A DNA stretch of 64,000 nucleotides, taken from the NCBI GenBank assembly GCA_903919535.1, contig CAIXIP010000008.1:952-64951 (forward strand), in the 5' to 3' direction. Source of the DNA: an uncultured Bacteroidota bacterium. GTDB taxonomy: Bacteria; Bacteroidota; Bacteroidia; 2-12-FULL-35-15. Positions 29,156-39,988 of the stretch are shown one piece after another. How positions within the stretch are numbered: position 1 is the first letter of the stretch; each line of letters starts with the position of its first letter. The translations under genes and the position numbers were made by a program. A model generated the notes under the pieces. The model had not been told where the DNA came from and ran no database searches. It saw only the letters and a program-made list of their open reading frames with translations.

Positions 29156-32026
29156 ATGATAACAACTGATAAATTTGTAAATCGTCATAACGGTCCACGT
29201 GTAAACGATATAAAAAGTATGCTCACAAAAATTGGAGCTAACTCTGTAGATGAATTAATTGACCAAACTATTCCATCAACTATTCGCTTGAAAAAACCTT
29301 TGAGTTTATCAAAAGGAATGACTGAATACCAGTATTTGTCGCACTTACGAGGTATTGCTTCAAAAAATTTAGTTTATAAATCGTATATTGGTTTAGGATA
29401 TTATAACACGATTCTCCCTTCCGTTATTCAACGAAATGTTTTAGAAAATCCAGGCTGGTACACAGCTTATACACCTTATCAGGCTGAGATTTCGCAAGGT
29501 CGCTTGGAAGCACTATTAAATTTCCAAACTATGATCATGGATCTTACAGGAATGGAAATTGCGAATGCCTCATTATTAGATGAAGCTACTGCTGCTGCTG
29601 AAGCAATGGCAATGTTGTTTAGTAACCGTTCACGTGAAGCAGTAAAAAGCGGGGCAAATAAATTTTTTGTTTCTAATGAATGCTTCCCTCAAACGATAGA
29701 TGTTTTAAAAACCCGTTCAACTCCTCTTGGAATTGAAATCGTTATTGGAGATTTCAAAACATTTGAATTAAACAATAGTGTTTATGGAGCTTTGCTTCAA
29801 TATCCAACACAAGATGGTTTAGTTCATGATTATGCAGATTTTGTTAAAAAAGCAAAAGTAAATAACACGGCTATTGCTGTTGCAGCCGATATTTTGAGTT
29901 TGGTATTATTAACTCCTCCAGGTGAATGGGGCGCAGATGTTGTTGTTGGTAACACACAACGTTTTGGTGTGCCAATGGGATATGGCGGACCTCATGCAGC
30001 ATTTTTTGCTTGCCGCGAAGAGTATAAACGAATTTTGCCAGGAAGAATTATTGGTGTTTCGGTTGATGCAGATGGTAATCACGCATTACGTATGGCTTTG
30101 CAAACACGTGAACAACATATTCGTAGAGATAAAGCAACATCAAATATTTGTACAGCACAGGCTCTATTAGCTATCATGGCAAGTATGTATGCCGTATATC
30201 ATGGTCCAGATGGATTAAAAGGAATTGCTGAGCAAGTTCATCTTTCGGCAGTTGTGCTAGCAGCTGAACTAAAAAAATTAGGATTTAAAGTTGAAGAAGG
30301 AATTTTCTTTGATACTATAAAAGTTGTTGGAACAGATAACGTAAAGATCAAAACTTTAGCAGAAGCAGCTCATATTAACTTCCGTTATTCAGAAAGTGCA
30401 ACAGTTATTTCTGTTGACCAAACAACAAGTGCAGAAGATTTGAATGTGATTATTGATGTGTTTGCGAAAGCAGCAGGGAAGGCAGCTTCTGTAACTACGC
30501 AAGAAATTGTTTTTGCACAAAAATCAACAATAAATTATCGTAAATCAGCAATTCTTTCTCATCCTATTTTTAATTCCTATCATTCGGAATCAGAAATGAT
30601 GCGTTATATCAAGCGTTTGGAAAATAAGGATTTGTCTTTAACTCATTCAATGATTTCATTAGGATCATGTACAATGAAATTGAATGCAGCTTCTGAACTA
30701 TTGCCAATTACCTGGTCTGAATTTGCAAATATTCACCCATTTGTTCCAATGGATCAGGCATTGGGATATCAGGAAATAATTTCTGAATTGGATAAATCTT
30801 TAAGTGAGATCACAGGTTTTGAAAAAATGAGTTTTCAGCCAAACTCAGGTGCATCAGGCGAATACGCAGGATTACTTGTTATTCAGGCATATCATCAGTC
30901 ACGTGGTGATGCTCATCGTAACATAGCATTGATTCCTACATCGGCACATGGGACAAATCCGGCAAGTGCTGCAATGGCAGGAATGAAAATTGTTTTAGTG
31001 AAATGTGATGAAAAAGGCAATATCGATGTGAACGATATGCGCGAAAAAGCTCTTCAAAACAAAGATAATTTATCCTGTTTAATGGTTACTTACCCGAGTA
31101 CACATGGTGTTTACGAAGAAAGTATCATAGAAATAACAGATATTATTCATCAAAATGGCGGACAAGTTTATATGGATGGAGCCAACATGAATGCTCAAGT
31201 TGGCTTAACTAGTCCGGGAAATATTGGAGCCGATGTGTGTCACTTAAATTTACATAAAACATTTGCTATCCCTCATGGTGGGGGAGGACCAGGTGTTGGA
31301 CCAATTGGTGTTGCAAAACAGTTAGCACCATTTTTACCATCTCATTCTGTTGTAAAAGTTGGAGGAGAAAAAGGAATTCATGCTGTCTCAGCAGCACCTT
31401 ATGGAAGCGCATTAATTTTATTGATCTCTTATGGATATATTAAAATGATGGGTGGCGAAGGTCTAGCGGAAGCCACACGTATGGCAATCTTGAATGCAAA
31501 TTATATTAAAGAATCTTTAAAAGATCATTATCCAACTTTGTACAGCGGTAAAAATGGGCGTTGTGCTCATGAAATGATACTGGATTGTGTTGCATTTAAA
31601 CGTGAAGGCGGAGTTGAAGTTGGTGATATTGCAAAACGTTTAATGGATTATGGTTACCATGCACCTACGGTTTCTTTCCCTGTGCATGATACCTTGATGA
31701 TTGAGCCAACTGAAAGTGAATCAAAACAAGAACTTGATCGTTTTTGCTCTGCAATGATCTCTATTAAAAATGAAATAGACGAAATTGTTTCCGGAAAATC
31801 TGATAAAGAAGATAACGTAATTAAAAATGCACCTCATACTGCAAAATCGGTAATAACAGATGATTGGAAGCATAGCTATTCACGCGAAAAAGCTGTTTAC
31901 CCATTGAAATGGGTGAAAGACACCAAGTTTTGGCCGAGTGTAGCAAGAGTTGATAATGCCCATGGTGATAGAAACCTTATCTGTGGTTGTTTACCTATTG
32001 AAGCCTATGCTGCAGAACTAGTATAA
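29156..32026 (+). CDS. gcvP: Glycine dehydrogenase (decarboxylating), P-protein
   Basis: ~955 aa two-domain GcvP. Start taken at [17 protein letters not shown]-binding region. Confidence 0.95.
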   Translation: MITTDKFVNRHNGPRVNDIKSMLTKIGANSVDELIDQTIPSTIRLKKPLSLSKGMTEYQYLSHLRGIASKNLVYKSYIGLGYYNTILPSVIQRNVLENPGWYTAYTPYQAEISQGRLEALLNFQTMIMDLTGMEIANASLLDEATAAAEAMAMLFSNRSREAVKSGANKFFVSNECFPQTIDVLKTRSTPLGIEIVIGDFKTFELNNSVYGALLQYPTQDGLVHDYADFVKKAKVNNTAIAVAADILSLVLLTPPGEWGADVVVGNTQRFGVPMGYGGPHAAFFACREEYKRILPGRIIGVSVDADGNHALRMALQTREQHIRRDKATSNICTAQALLAIMASMYAVYHGPDGLKGIAEQVHLSAVVLAAELKKLGFKVEEGIFFDTIKVVGTDNVKIKTLAEAAHINFRYSESATVISVDQTTSAEDLNVIIDVFAKAAGKAASVTTQEIVFAQKSTINYRKSAILSHPIFNSYHSESEMMRYIKRLENKDLSLTHSMISLGSCTMKLNAASELLPITWSEFANIHPFVPMDQALGYQEIISELDKSLSEITGFEKMSFQPNSGASGEYAGLLVIQAYHQSRGDAHRNIALIPTSAHGTNPASAAMAGMKIVLVKCDEKGNIDVNDMREKALQNKDNLSCLMVTYPSTHGVYEESIIEITDIIHQNGGQVYMDGANMNAQVGLTSPGNIGADVCHLNLHKTFAIPHGGGGPGVGPIGVAKQLAPFLPSHSVVKVGGEKGIHAVSAAPYGSALILLISYGYIKMMGGEGLAEATRMAILNANYIKESLKDHYPTLYSGKNGRCAHEMILDCVAFKREGGVEVGDIAKRLMDYGYHAPTVSFPVHDTLMIEPTESESKQELDRFCSAMISIKNEIDEIVSGKSDKEDNVIKNAPHTAKSVITDDWKHSYSREKAVYPLKWVKDTKFWPSVARVDNAHGDRNLICGCLPIEAYAAELV

Positions 32027-32124
32027 ATAATTTGCCAAATATTTGGTAATATTAATTTGCTTCTTTAGATTTGTAGCTATTAATAATGTAGAAAATTTAA
32101 ATTAACCAATAAACCCAAAATAAA

Positions 32125-33393
32125 ATGAAAAAAATTTACACAATGATTGCAGCATTGGCAGTGATAGTTTCTGCTACTGCTCAAAACAAACAACTAAATG
32201 ATGCGCCTAAAAAATTAGTACCAAATCCAAAATTACAAGCAGTTACTGATTTAAGTAATTTTAAAGCTAGTACTTCTCAAGATAGAGTATTTTCTGGTTG
32301 GTTAAATTATGCTTTGCAATTAGATGATGCAACTAATGGTTTTTCTCCAGGACTTGCTTCTGCTAGTTTTATGCTTGTGTTTCCTGATACAAATATTATC
32401 TTAGGACAATACACTGATGGATCAACAGCATATCCTCAGTTCCACAAAACAGGAACATGGTTAGACCCTAAAAATATGCCATTCCAAGGTATTAATGCAA
32501 CTGATGCTTATTCATTAGATTCAGTAGGTATCGTTTACGGATATTTAAGAAGTTTAACTTCAACTGTTGTTGATACTTTAAGAATTGATATCGTTAAACA
32601 CAGTGTTGCTCTAGAGTGGACTATGTCAGGTGGTAATTTAGAAACATACCAAGATATTGAGTATGTTCAGGCTACTGATAAAATTGCAGCATCTAATGTT
32701 CTTGCTACTTACTATTATTATTTAACACAAGCTGATTCTTCTAGTACTGCAGCAGAGTTATATATTAAAACTACTTTACCTACACAAGCTGCAGGTAACA
32801 GAATTGGTGCTATTGTTACATTCAAACCAGGTTATTCTTATACAATAACTGATTCAATCAGCAATAAAAATGCATTCTACCTTCTTTCATATGAGCAAAA
32901 TGGTGCAAGCACAGATCCAACATATTATGGAGTTTCTGGAGATGGTACTTCTGATTTAAATTGCTCAATGAGTATACCATCTTCTGTTAGATATAATACT
33001 AATGCAAATGGATGGAATGGTTATTTTATTCCAACTTGGGCTTGGACAACTCCATTCGCATACGAACACCACATCATTGAATTTAAAATTTCAAACCCTC
33101 CAACTGGAATTAATGAATTAGCTTCAAAAGGAGTAAAAGTTGAACAAAATTATCCAAACCCTTGTAACAATTCTACTGCTATTAACTATGAATTAGCTAA
33201 TAATTCAAAAGTTTTATTGTCAGTTTTTGATGTTACTGGAAAAGTTGTTGCAACACAAAATGTTGGAGAACAAAATGCAGGTAAGCACGTAATTAACTTT
33301 AATGCATCAAACCTTTCAGCAGGTCTTTATACTTACTCATTAACTGTAGGTCAAAACACAACTTCAACTATGAAAATGGTTGTTATTAAATAA
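32125..33393 (+). CDS. Secreted protein with T9SS type-A C-terminal sorting domain; unknown family
   Basis: Signal peptide. C-terminal ~80 aa NYPNPCNNSTAINYEL...GLYTYSLTVGQNTTSTMKMVVIK is a T9SS CTD. Confidence 0.7.
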   Translation: MKKIYTMIAALAVIVSATAQNKQLNDAPKKLVPNPKLQAVTDLSNFKASTSQDRVFSGWLNYALQLDDATNGFSPGLASASFMLVFPDTNIILGQYTDGSTAYPQFHKTGTWLDPKNMPFQGINATDAYSLDSVGIVYGYLRSLTSTVVDTLRIDIVKHSVALEWTMSGGNLETYQDIEYVQATDKIAASNVLATYYYYLTQADSSSTAAELYIKTTLPTQAAGNRIGAIVTFKPGYSYTITDSISNKNAFYLLSYEQNGASTDPTYYGVSGDGTSDLNCSMSIPSSVRYNTNANGWNGYFIPTWAWTTPFAYEHHIIEFKISNPPTGINELASKGVKVEQNYPNPCNNSTAINYELANNSKVLLSVFDVTGKVVATQNVGEQNAGKHVINFNASNLSAGLYTYSLTVGQNTTSTMKMVVIK

Positions 33394-33415
33394 TTTAATA
33401 TTTATTTAATTTTAG

Positions 33416-33451
33416 AAAGCCCACAATTTATTGTGGGCTTTCTTATTTTTT
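33416..33451 (+). terminator. Rho-independent terminator
   Basis: Perfect hairpin aaagcccacaat-tt-attgtgggcttt followed by a T-run. Confidence 0.65.
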
Positions 33452-33537
33452 AATATTTATCGTATAAATTTTCTAAGAACTTATTTTCTATCTTTAGACT
33501 TTATTAATAATTAAGTATCCACAAAAAAATTAATCAC

Positions 33538-34878
33538 ATGAAAAAAATAGTACTTTTTTTAGGAATGAGCAGCATTCTGTTTTGTGCACAGGCCCAACAA
33601 ACACCGGTGTCTGTTAACAATCAAAAAACTACAACTGCAAAACACATGTTATTTGATAAACAAAAGTTTATTGCAAATAAAGGTTTGGCAAATGCTTCAA
33701 GAGCAACAACAGAATCTTTTTGGTTGAACTATGGCGTTAGTCAAGATCAGTTATTAGGTGGTGGTGCAGGTTCTACAGGGCCATCTAAATTGAATTCAAA
33801 TTATCTTTTTCCTGATTCTACTGCTTTTGGCGAATTTGGTGCAGGTAATTTTTCTTCTATTTGGGTTCATCATCTTGGTGATATGCTGGATGTAAAATCA
33901 TCAGTGTTCAATAGTATTGATGGTGTTACCTGGACAGCAGCAACTGCTTATAGCGTTGATTCTATGTCTATCGTTTATGGATACAGCAGAAATGACGCAA
34001 ATACAGCTGTGGTTGATACCCTTGTTGTAACAATGTTTACAAATGCTACATCAACTAATAATCCTAATTCTGGTTTTATTGGAACTACTGCAGCAAATTA
34101 TGCTACTGATACATTGTCATTCAAAAAACTTAAATATCTGCAAGCATCAAATACAGTGGATGCAGTAGGGAAATACACATTTAAAATTCCATTGACGATT
34201 GCGGATACAGCTAATACTTATTACAATGAAAAAGCATTTAAAGTGCCAGTTCCATTTAATGTTCCTGCCGGAAAATTATTATCAACTGATATTCAGTTTA
34301 TCCCAGGATATACTTATGCATTAGGTGATCATATTGATTATGTTCACAATGCATTTTTCTTTACTTCTTATGAAGAAAATGGAAACGCTGGTGGTGCAGG
34401 AACATTCCCAATGTATTATGATTGTAATTATCAATCAGCAGCATGTGATTATAATCTTTCACACATTCTTCCTCAAGATGTTAGATATAATCAAGCTGGA
34501 ACATGGAATGGTTATTTCATCCCAACTTATGCTTATGGTATTACTTATGGTTTTGAGCATCACTTGATCTCTTACAAAGTTGTAAACCCTCCAACTGCAA
34601 TTACTGAGTTGAACAACAATTTTTCTTTAGATCAAAATCAACCAAATCCTTTTAAAGGAGCGACAACAATTAATTACCAATTGAAAAAATATGCTGGTAA
34701 TGTTTCTTTACAAATTTATGATGTAAGAGGAGTAAAACTATATGAAACATCAACATCAAATGTAAAAGCAGGAAATTATTCTGTGGATGTGAAGAATGTT
34801 AGTTTCGCACCAGGATTGTATTTTTATTCACTTGAAGTAGATGGAGCAAGAGTTGCTAAGAAAATGATCGTTGAATAA
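33538..34878 (+). CDS. Paralogous secreted protein with T9SS C-terminal sorting domain
   Basis: Shares WNGYFIPT(W/Y)A, GIVYGY, HH(I/L)I..K..NPPT(G/A)I.EL and the CTD with the upstream gene. Confidence 0.7.
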   Translation: MKKIVLFLGMSSILFCAQAQQTPVSVNNQKTTTAKHMLFDKQKFIANKGLANASRATTESFWLNYGVSQDQLLGGGAGSTGPSKLNSNYLFPDSTAFGEFGAGNFSSIWVHHLGDMLDVKSSVFNSIDGVTWTAATAYSVDSMSIVYGYSRNDANTAVVDTLVVTMFTNATSTNNPNSGFIGTTAANYATDTLSFKKLKYLQASNTVDAVGKYTFKIPLTIADTANTYYNEKAFKVPVPFNVPAGKLLSTDIQFIPGYTYALGDHIDYVHNAFFFTSYEENGNAGGAGTFPMYYDCNYQSAACDYNLSHILPQDVRYNQAGTWNGYFIPTYAYGITYGFEHHLISYKVVNPPTAITELNNNFSLDQNQPNPFKGATTINYQLKKYAGNVSLQIYDVRGVKLYETSTSNVKAGNYSVDVKNVSFAPGLYFYSLEVDGARVAKKMIVE

Positions 34879-34898
34879 TATTTTAAATTTCTAATAAA

Positions 34899-34938
34899 AA
34901 ATAACGCCCGGTGAATTTCATCGGGCGTTATTTTTTTA
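34899..34938. terminator. Bidirectional rho-independent terminator between convergent genes
   Basis: aataacgcccg-gtgaatttcat-cgggcgttatt followed by a T7 run. Confidence 0.65.
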
Positions 34939-34961
34939 ATAAGTAAAACTAAATGTGAGTA

Positions 34962-35714
34962 TCAGAATTTTGATTTTAAGTCTTTCATAAATTTTGTTGC
35001 ATAAACAAAATCACAGACTTCTTTATTTTCCGTTTTCAAGATCTCTTCTTTACTGCCTTCCCACCATTTCTCTCCTTTGTAAATAAACATAATATTATCT
35101 CCGATTTCAATCACCGAATTCATATCATGCGTAATAACTATGGTAGTAATATCATATTCCTCTGTAATTTCTTTAATTAAATTGTCAATTACAATGGATG
35201 TTTTCGGGTCAAGCCCGGAGTTTGGTTCATCACAAAACAAATACTTTGGTTGAACAGCAATTGCGCGGGCAATCGCAACACGTTTTTTCATTCCTCCACT
35301 TAATTCGGAAGGAAATAAATTATTCGCATTTTCAAGATTAACTCTTTGTAAACAAAAATTTGCTCGGTCACGTTTTTCGCTTTCAGTCAAATCAGTAAAC
35401 ATCGAAAGCGGAAACACAACATTTTCTTCTGCTGTTTTAGAATCAAATAATGCTCCTCCTTGAAAAAGCATTCCGATTTCTTTTCTGATTTCTTTTTTTT
35501 CTTTGAAATTTAGTTTGTAAAAATTGCGGTCATCAAATAATACTTCACCTGAATCTATTTCATTTAACCCCACCATGCATTTTAGTAAAGTAGTCTTTCC
35601 TGATCCGCTTTCCCCGATTATCATATTGGTTTTGCCAACCTCAAATGTGAAAGAAATATCTTTGATGACACTGCGATCGAAAAATGATTTTGATATGTTG
35701 TTTATCTGAATCAA
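34962..35714 (-). CDS. ABC transporter ATP-binding protein (MlaF-like)
   Basis: Walker A GESGSGKTT. Signature LSGGMKKR. Walker B. 250 aa. Confidence 0.85.
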   Translation of the reverse strand: MIQINNISKSFFDRSVIKDISFTFEVGKTNMIIGESGSGKTTLLKCMVGLNEIDSGEVLFDDRNFYKLNFKEKKEIRKEIGMLFQGGALFDSKTAEENVVFPLSMFTDLTESEKRDRANFCLQRVNLENANNLFPSELSGGMKKRVAIARAIAVQPKYLFCDEPNSGLDPKTSIVIDNLIKEITEEYDITTIVITHDMNSVIEIGDNIMFIYKGEKWWEGSKEEILKTENKEVCDFVYATKFMKDLKSKF

Positions 35715-36451
35715 GCTAATAATAATTGAGTTAAAATTAAATCGAAAGCAAGAATTAAAACACTCGTATAAACAACTCCTTTTGTACTAGAGCGACCAAC
35801 CTCCAATGCACCACCATTTGTATAATACCCATGGTATGCTGGCACCGATGCTATTAAAAAAGCAAATACGGCAGATTTAATAAGTGCATATACAACATTA
35901 TAAGGTCTGAAATCATGCGTGATGCCTTCAATAAATTGATTGTCAGAAACAACTCCGGCCATTACGCCAAAAATGTAACCGCCCAAAATGCCCAAAAACA
36001 TGGAGAATATAATAAGAACAGGGTTGAAAAGTACGGATGCAATAATTTTAGGTTGAATTAAATATCCGGCTGAATTTACGCCCATAATTTCTAAGGCATC
36101 AATTTGTTCGGTAACTCTCATGGTGCCAATTTCAGAAGCAATACTAGATCCTACTTTACCTGCTAAAATCAAACTGACAATTGCCGGAGAAAACTCTAGT
36201 ATCATTGAATCGCGCACAGCAACACCAATTGCATAGGTTGGAACAAGGGGGTTTTCGAAATTAAATGCAGATTGAATTGTAATAACTGCACCCATAAAAA
36301 CAGAGATAATTGCAACAATACCTAGCGAGTTGACTCCTAAAATTGTTATCTCTTCAAAAATACGATTACGGAATATCGAAAGCTTTTCGGGTTTGCCGAA
36401 GGAGCGCTTCATTAACATGAAATATCTACCGAAATGGAAAAAAATTTTCAT
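35711..36451 (-). CDS. ABC transporter permease, MlaE family
   Basis: 246 aa. MlaE-like TM pattern. 4-nt overlap with the ATPase gene. Confidence 0.75.
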   Translation of the reverse strand: MKIFFHFGRYFMLMKRSFGKPEKLSIFRNRIFEEITILGVNSLGIVAIISVFMGAVITIQSAFNFENPLVPTYAIGVAVRDSMILEFSPAIVSLILAGKVGSSIASEIGTMRVTEQIDALEIMGVNSAGYLIQPKIIASVLFNPVLIIFSMFLGILGGYIFGVMAGVVSDNQFIEGITHDFRPYNVVYALIKSAVFAFLIASVPAYHGYYTNGGALEVGRSSTKGVVYTSVLILAFDLILTQLLLA

Positions 36452-36572
36452 CGAATTCCTAAATTTTGGTTAAAAGTAAGAATAATTTAGCAAATGTTTT
36501 GTCTTAGTATTTTGCAGGAGGATGAGGTGCTAAATAACAAAATCGTATATTTGTTATTATAATCTAATCAAT

Positions 36573-36731
36573 ATGAGATCAAGAAGAAGTTTGTTTTTTT
36601 CGTTTGGAATATTATTCCTTTCACTCTTTTTGTTTTCTGGGTGTTTTATGTTTCATAAAAAGAACCGCTGTGGAGATTGTCCGAAATGGAGTAAAATTGA
36701 AATCCCGGAATCCGCATTAAAACAATTATAG
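36573..36731 (+). CDS. Small (52 aa) putative lipoprotein with a CxxC pair. Not in the supplied ORF track (below the length cut-off).
   Basis: MRSRRSLFFSFGILFLSLFLFSGC|FMFHKKNRCGDCPKWSKIEIPESALKQL. Lipobox LFSGC. Sits ~95 nt upstream of feoA. Confidence 0.35.
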   Translation: MRSRRSLFFSFGILFLSLFLFSGCFMFHKKNRCGDCPKWSKIEIPESALKQL

Positions 36732-36825
36732 AAATTCATTAAATCATCACTAATCTAAAATACCCTCTTTTGGGTATTGCTGCCATTTCGTGATGGTATA
36801 AATTAGGCGTACCTTTGTTGTTACT

Positions 36826-37077
36826 ATGAAAACAGGCTTGAAAAATTTATCTCAATTAAAAATAGGCCAAAGTGCAATTATTGACTCATTTACCGATAAG
36901 GATATGGCGCTTAAATTGCTTGAAATGGGATGTACTCCAGGTGAAGTTGTAAAGCTTGATTGTGTTGCTCCTCTCGGAGATCCAATAGCCATTTTTGTTT
37001 CAGGGTATTTATTAAGTTTGCGAAAAGCAGAAGCTTCAACTGTCCTTGTTTCAGTTATAGCAAATAATAGTAAATAA
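36826..37077 (+). CDS. feoA: Ferrous iron transport protein A
   Basis: 83 aa SH3-like FeoA (LSQLKIGQSAIIDSF). Confidence 0.8.
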   Translation: MKTGLKNLSQLKIGQSAIIDSFTDKDMALKLLEMGCTPGEVVKLDCVAPLGDPIAIFVSGYLLSLRKAEASTVLVSVIANNSK

Positions 37078-37084
37078 AATATCC

Positions 37085-39232
37085 GTGGACGCGAATCAGT
37101 CATTTGTTAACCTTTCCGAAAAGTCATATATCAAAGTTGCTTTAGTTGGAAATCCTAACTGTGGCAAATCTACATTATTCAATGCCCTTACCGGATTACA
37201 TCAAAAAACAGGAAATTTTCCAGGAGTTACCGTTGATAAAAAAGTAGGGTTTGCAAAATTAAATAATAACGTTACGGCTGAATTTATTGATTTGCCGGGC
37301 ACGTATAGTCTTTATCCAAAATCAATTGATGAGCAGGTTGCTTTTGAGGTGCTTTGCAATCCTGATAATGTGAATCATCCTGATGTTACAATTGTTGTTG
37401 CTGATGCAAGTAATTTAAAACGGAATTTGTTTTTAGTTTCTCAGATCATTGATCTTAGAATTCCTGTTATTCTTGCTTTAAATATGATGGACCTGGTGGA
37501 GAAGGAAGGCATCGTAATTGATGCTGTTCGTCTGTCAGAAAAGCTTGGAGTAAAAGTGATTGCGATAAGCGCAAGAAAAAAAGAAGGTGTCGAGCAATTA
37601 AAAAATTTATTATCCGAACCATTGCCAATTCCGCAATATGATTTTATTGATGTTAAAAAAATTGCACCCGAACTGGTTGAAAATGTCAGGAAAATAATAA
37701 AATTAAATAGTGATTTTGCTGCATTTCAAACAATCAGCAATTTTTCTGAAATACATTATTTTGATAATCATCCAGATAAAAAAGGGAAGTTAACAGCCTT
37801 GTTTAATTCGGCTTCAATAGACAGAAACAGTTTACAAACAGAGGAAAGTGTTGAGCGATATAAAGTTATAAACCGGATAGCAATTGAATGTGTTACGAGT
37901 CGTTCAGCAATAAAAACAGATACATTCACTCATAAGCTGGATAGCATATTAACTCATCGATTTTGGGGTTATGCTATTTTCCTGATCATCTTATTTTTTA
38001 TTTTTCAAACTATATTTTTTGTAGCGGCTTATCCGATGGAGTGGATTGAGAGTTTGTTTACTCATCTTTCAGCATGGGCAACAATATCCCTTCCTCCAGG
38101 TGAACTGACTAATTTATTTATAAATGGAATTTTAGCAGGATTAAGCGGTGTAGTTGTTTTCGTTCCTCAAATAGCATTGTTATTTGCTTTTATTGGAATA
38201 CTTGAAGATACAGGTTACATGGCACGTGTAAGTTTTATCATGGACAAGCTAATGCGAAGATTCGGATTGAACGGACGGTCCGTAATTCCTTTAATTAGTG
38301 GTGTTGCTTGTGCTGTTCCTGCAATCATGAGTACACGTACCATCAGTAGCTGGAAAGAACGTATAATTTCTATCATGATAACTCCCTTGATGAGTTGTTC
38401 GGCACGTTTGCCAGTTTATACATTGTTGATTTCTCTGGTTGTGCCCTCTGCAAAAAACTCTGGTTTTTTTAATTATCAGGGATTAATATTAATGGGACTT
38501 TACCTTATTGGTTTTATTGCTGCCATTAGTGCTGCCTGGGTAATGAAATGGATATTGAAGGCGCGTGAAAAAAGTTATTTCATAATGGAGTTGCCCGTGT
38601 ATCGCACGCCTCAGTGGCGCACCGTTGGGCTAACAATTTACGATAAAGTAAAAGTTTTTTTATGGGATGCCGGAAAAATAATTGTTGCAATCTCAGTGAT
38701 ACTTTGGTATTTATCCACACATGCACCCAGCGAGAGGTTTCAAACAATTGAAAAAAAATATAATACTCCCGAATTATCAATGAAATATAATTCAGAAGAG
38801 CGTCAGGCAAAAATTGCAGCAGAAAAATTAGAAGCCTCTTATGCCGGAATTCTTGGAAAGTCGATAGAGCCGGCTATTGCGCCTTTAGGTTTTGACTGGA
38901 AGATTGGAATAGCATTGGTTACTTCTTTTGCTGCACGCGAAGTGTTTGTTGGTACAATGGCTACAATTTATAGTGCAGGAGGTAAAGATAATACTCAATC
39001 CATACGAGATAAAATGCAAGCGGAGGTTGATGAAAAAACAGGTTTGCCGAAATTTACTATGGCTGTAGGTTTTTCTCTTCTTATCTTTTATGCATTTGCA
39101 ATGCAATGTATGAGTACGCTTGCCGTTGTTTATAGAGAAACGAAGAATTGGAAATGGCCAGTAATTCAATTCGCTTATATGAGTGTTTTAGCATATGTTT
39201 CCAGCTTTATCGTTTATCATCTTTTGAAATAA
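37085..39232 (+). CDS. feoB: Ferrous iron transport protein B
   Basis: G-protein motifs GNPNCGKST and DLPG. Large polytopic C-terminal domain. GTG start. Confidence 0.9.
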   Translation: MDANQSFVNLSEKSYIKVALVGNPNCGKSTLFNALTGLHQKTGNFPGVTVDKKVGFAKLNNNVTAEFIDLPGTYSLYPKSIDEQVAFEVLCNPDNVNHPDVTIVVADASNLKRNLFLVSQIIDLRIPVILALNMMDLVEKEGIVIDAVRLSEKLGVKVIAISARKKEGVEQLKNLLSEPLPIPQYDFIDVKKIAPELVENVRKIIKLNSDFAAFQTISNFSEIHYFDNHPDKKGKLTALFNSASIDRNSLQTEESVERYKVINRIAIECVTSRSAIKTDTFTHKLDSILTHRFWGYAIFLIILFFIFQTIFFVAAYPMEWIESLFTHLSAWATISLPPGELTNLFINGILAGLSGVVVFVPQIALLFAFIGILEDTGYMARVSFIMDKLMRRFGLNGRSVIPLISGVACAVPAIMSTRTISSWKERIISIMITPLMSCSARLPVYTLLISLVVPSAKNSGFFNYQGLILMGLYLIGFIAAISAAWVMKWILKAREKSYFIMELPVYRTPQWRTVGLTIYDKVKVFLWDAGKIIVAISVILWYLSTHAPSERFQTIEKKYNTPELSMKYNSEERQAKIAAEKLEASYAGILGKSIEPAIAPLGFDWKIGIALVTSFAAREVFVGTMATIYSAGGKDNTQSIRDKMQAEVDEKTGLPKFTMAVGFSLLIFYAFAMQCMSTLAVVYRETKNWKWPVIQFAYMSVLAYVSSFIVYHLLK

Positions 39233-39244
39233 ATAAACCCCTCG

Positions 39245-39868
39245 ATGAATCAGTTGGAACGAAATCAATCCATCCTTCATAAATATATTCCCGAAAAGGC
39301 TGTTCCAACAATTTCAGAATGGATCTTTAAATTCGATTTCAAATTACGAATTAAAAAAAGCCGATCTACTAAATTAGGGGATTATCGTCCGCCATTTAAA
39401 GGACAAAATCATTTGATCACAATCAATTATGATATGAATAAGTATGCATTTTTAATTACGCTTATTCATGAAGTTGCACACTTGTCAAATTGGAATAAAC
39501 ATAAGGATAGCGTAAAACCACATGGTGAGGAATGGAAAATTCATTATAAATTATTGATGCAGCAATTTTTAATTCCTGACGTGTTTCCTGGTGATGTAAT
39601 TATAGCATTAAGAAAGTATATGAACAACCCTGCAGCATCTTCCTGTTCAGATACCAATTTGTTGCGTGTGTTAAAACGATACGATGATAAACAAAATACT
39701 GTAATGTTAGAAGATTTAAAGGAAGGATGCACTTTTTCATATAATGAAGATCGTATATTTATTAAGGGAGAAAAAGTACGTAAACGTTTTAAGTGTCAAG
39801 AAATAAAATCCAAACGAATGTACTTATTTAACCCTCTTACTGAAGTGGTAGAGGTTGTTGTTGCTTAA
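39245..39868 (+). CDS. SprT-like zinc metalloprotease-domain protein
   Basis: HEVAH zinc motif in LIHEVAHLSNW. 207 aa. Confidence 0.65.
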   Translation: MNQLERNQSILHKYIPEKAVPTISEWIFKFDFKLRIKKSRSTKLGDYRPPFKGQNHLITINYDMNKYAFLITLIHEVAHLSNWNKHKDSVKPHGEEWKIHYKLLMQQFLIPDVFPGDVIIALRKYMNNPAASSCSDTNLLRVLKRYDDKQNTVMLEDLKEGCTFSYNEDRIFIKGEKVRKRFKCQEIKSKRMYLFNPLTEVVEVVVA

Positions 39869-39988
39869 TTTCTTCTGGTTCTTTAAAAACGGGCAATAAT
39901 TAATCAACAAAATGCTTCAGCTACAAGGTTTTTATTAAATTTGTTATCCGTTAAAAATGCATACCATTTAAATTTAAAATATAATTAT

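Noticed and set aside
32027-32124. 12-bp perfect palindrome ccaaatatttgg after gcvP
   Set aside because: AT-rich and short. It could be a weak terminator or a chance occurrence, with no flanking T-run strong enough to call.
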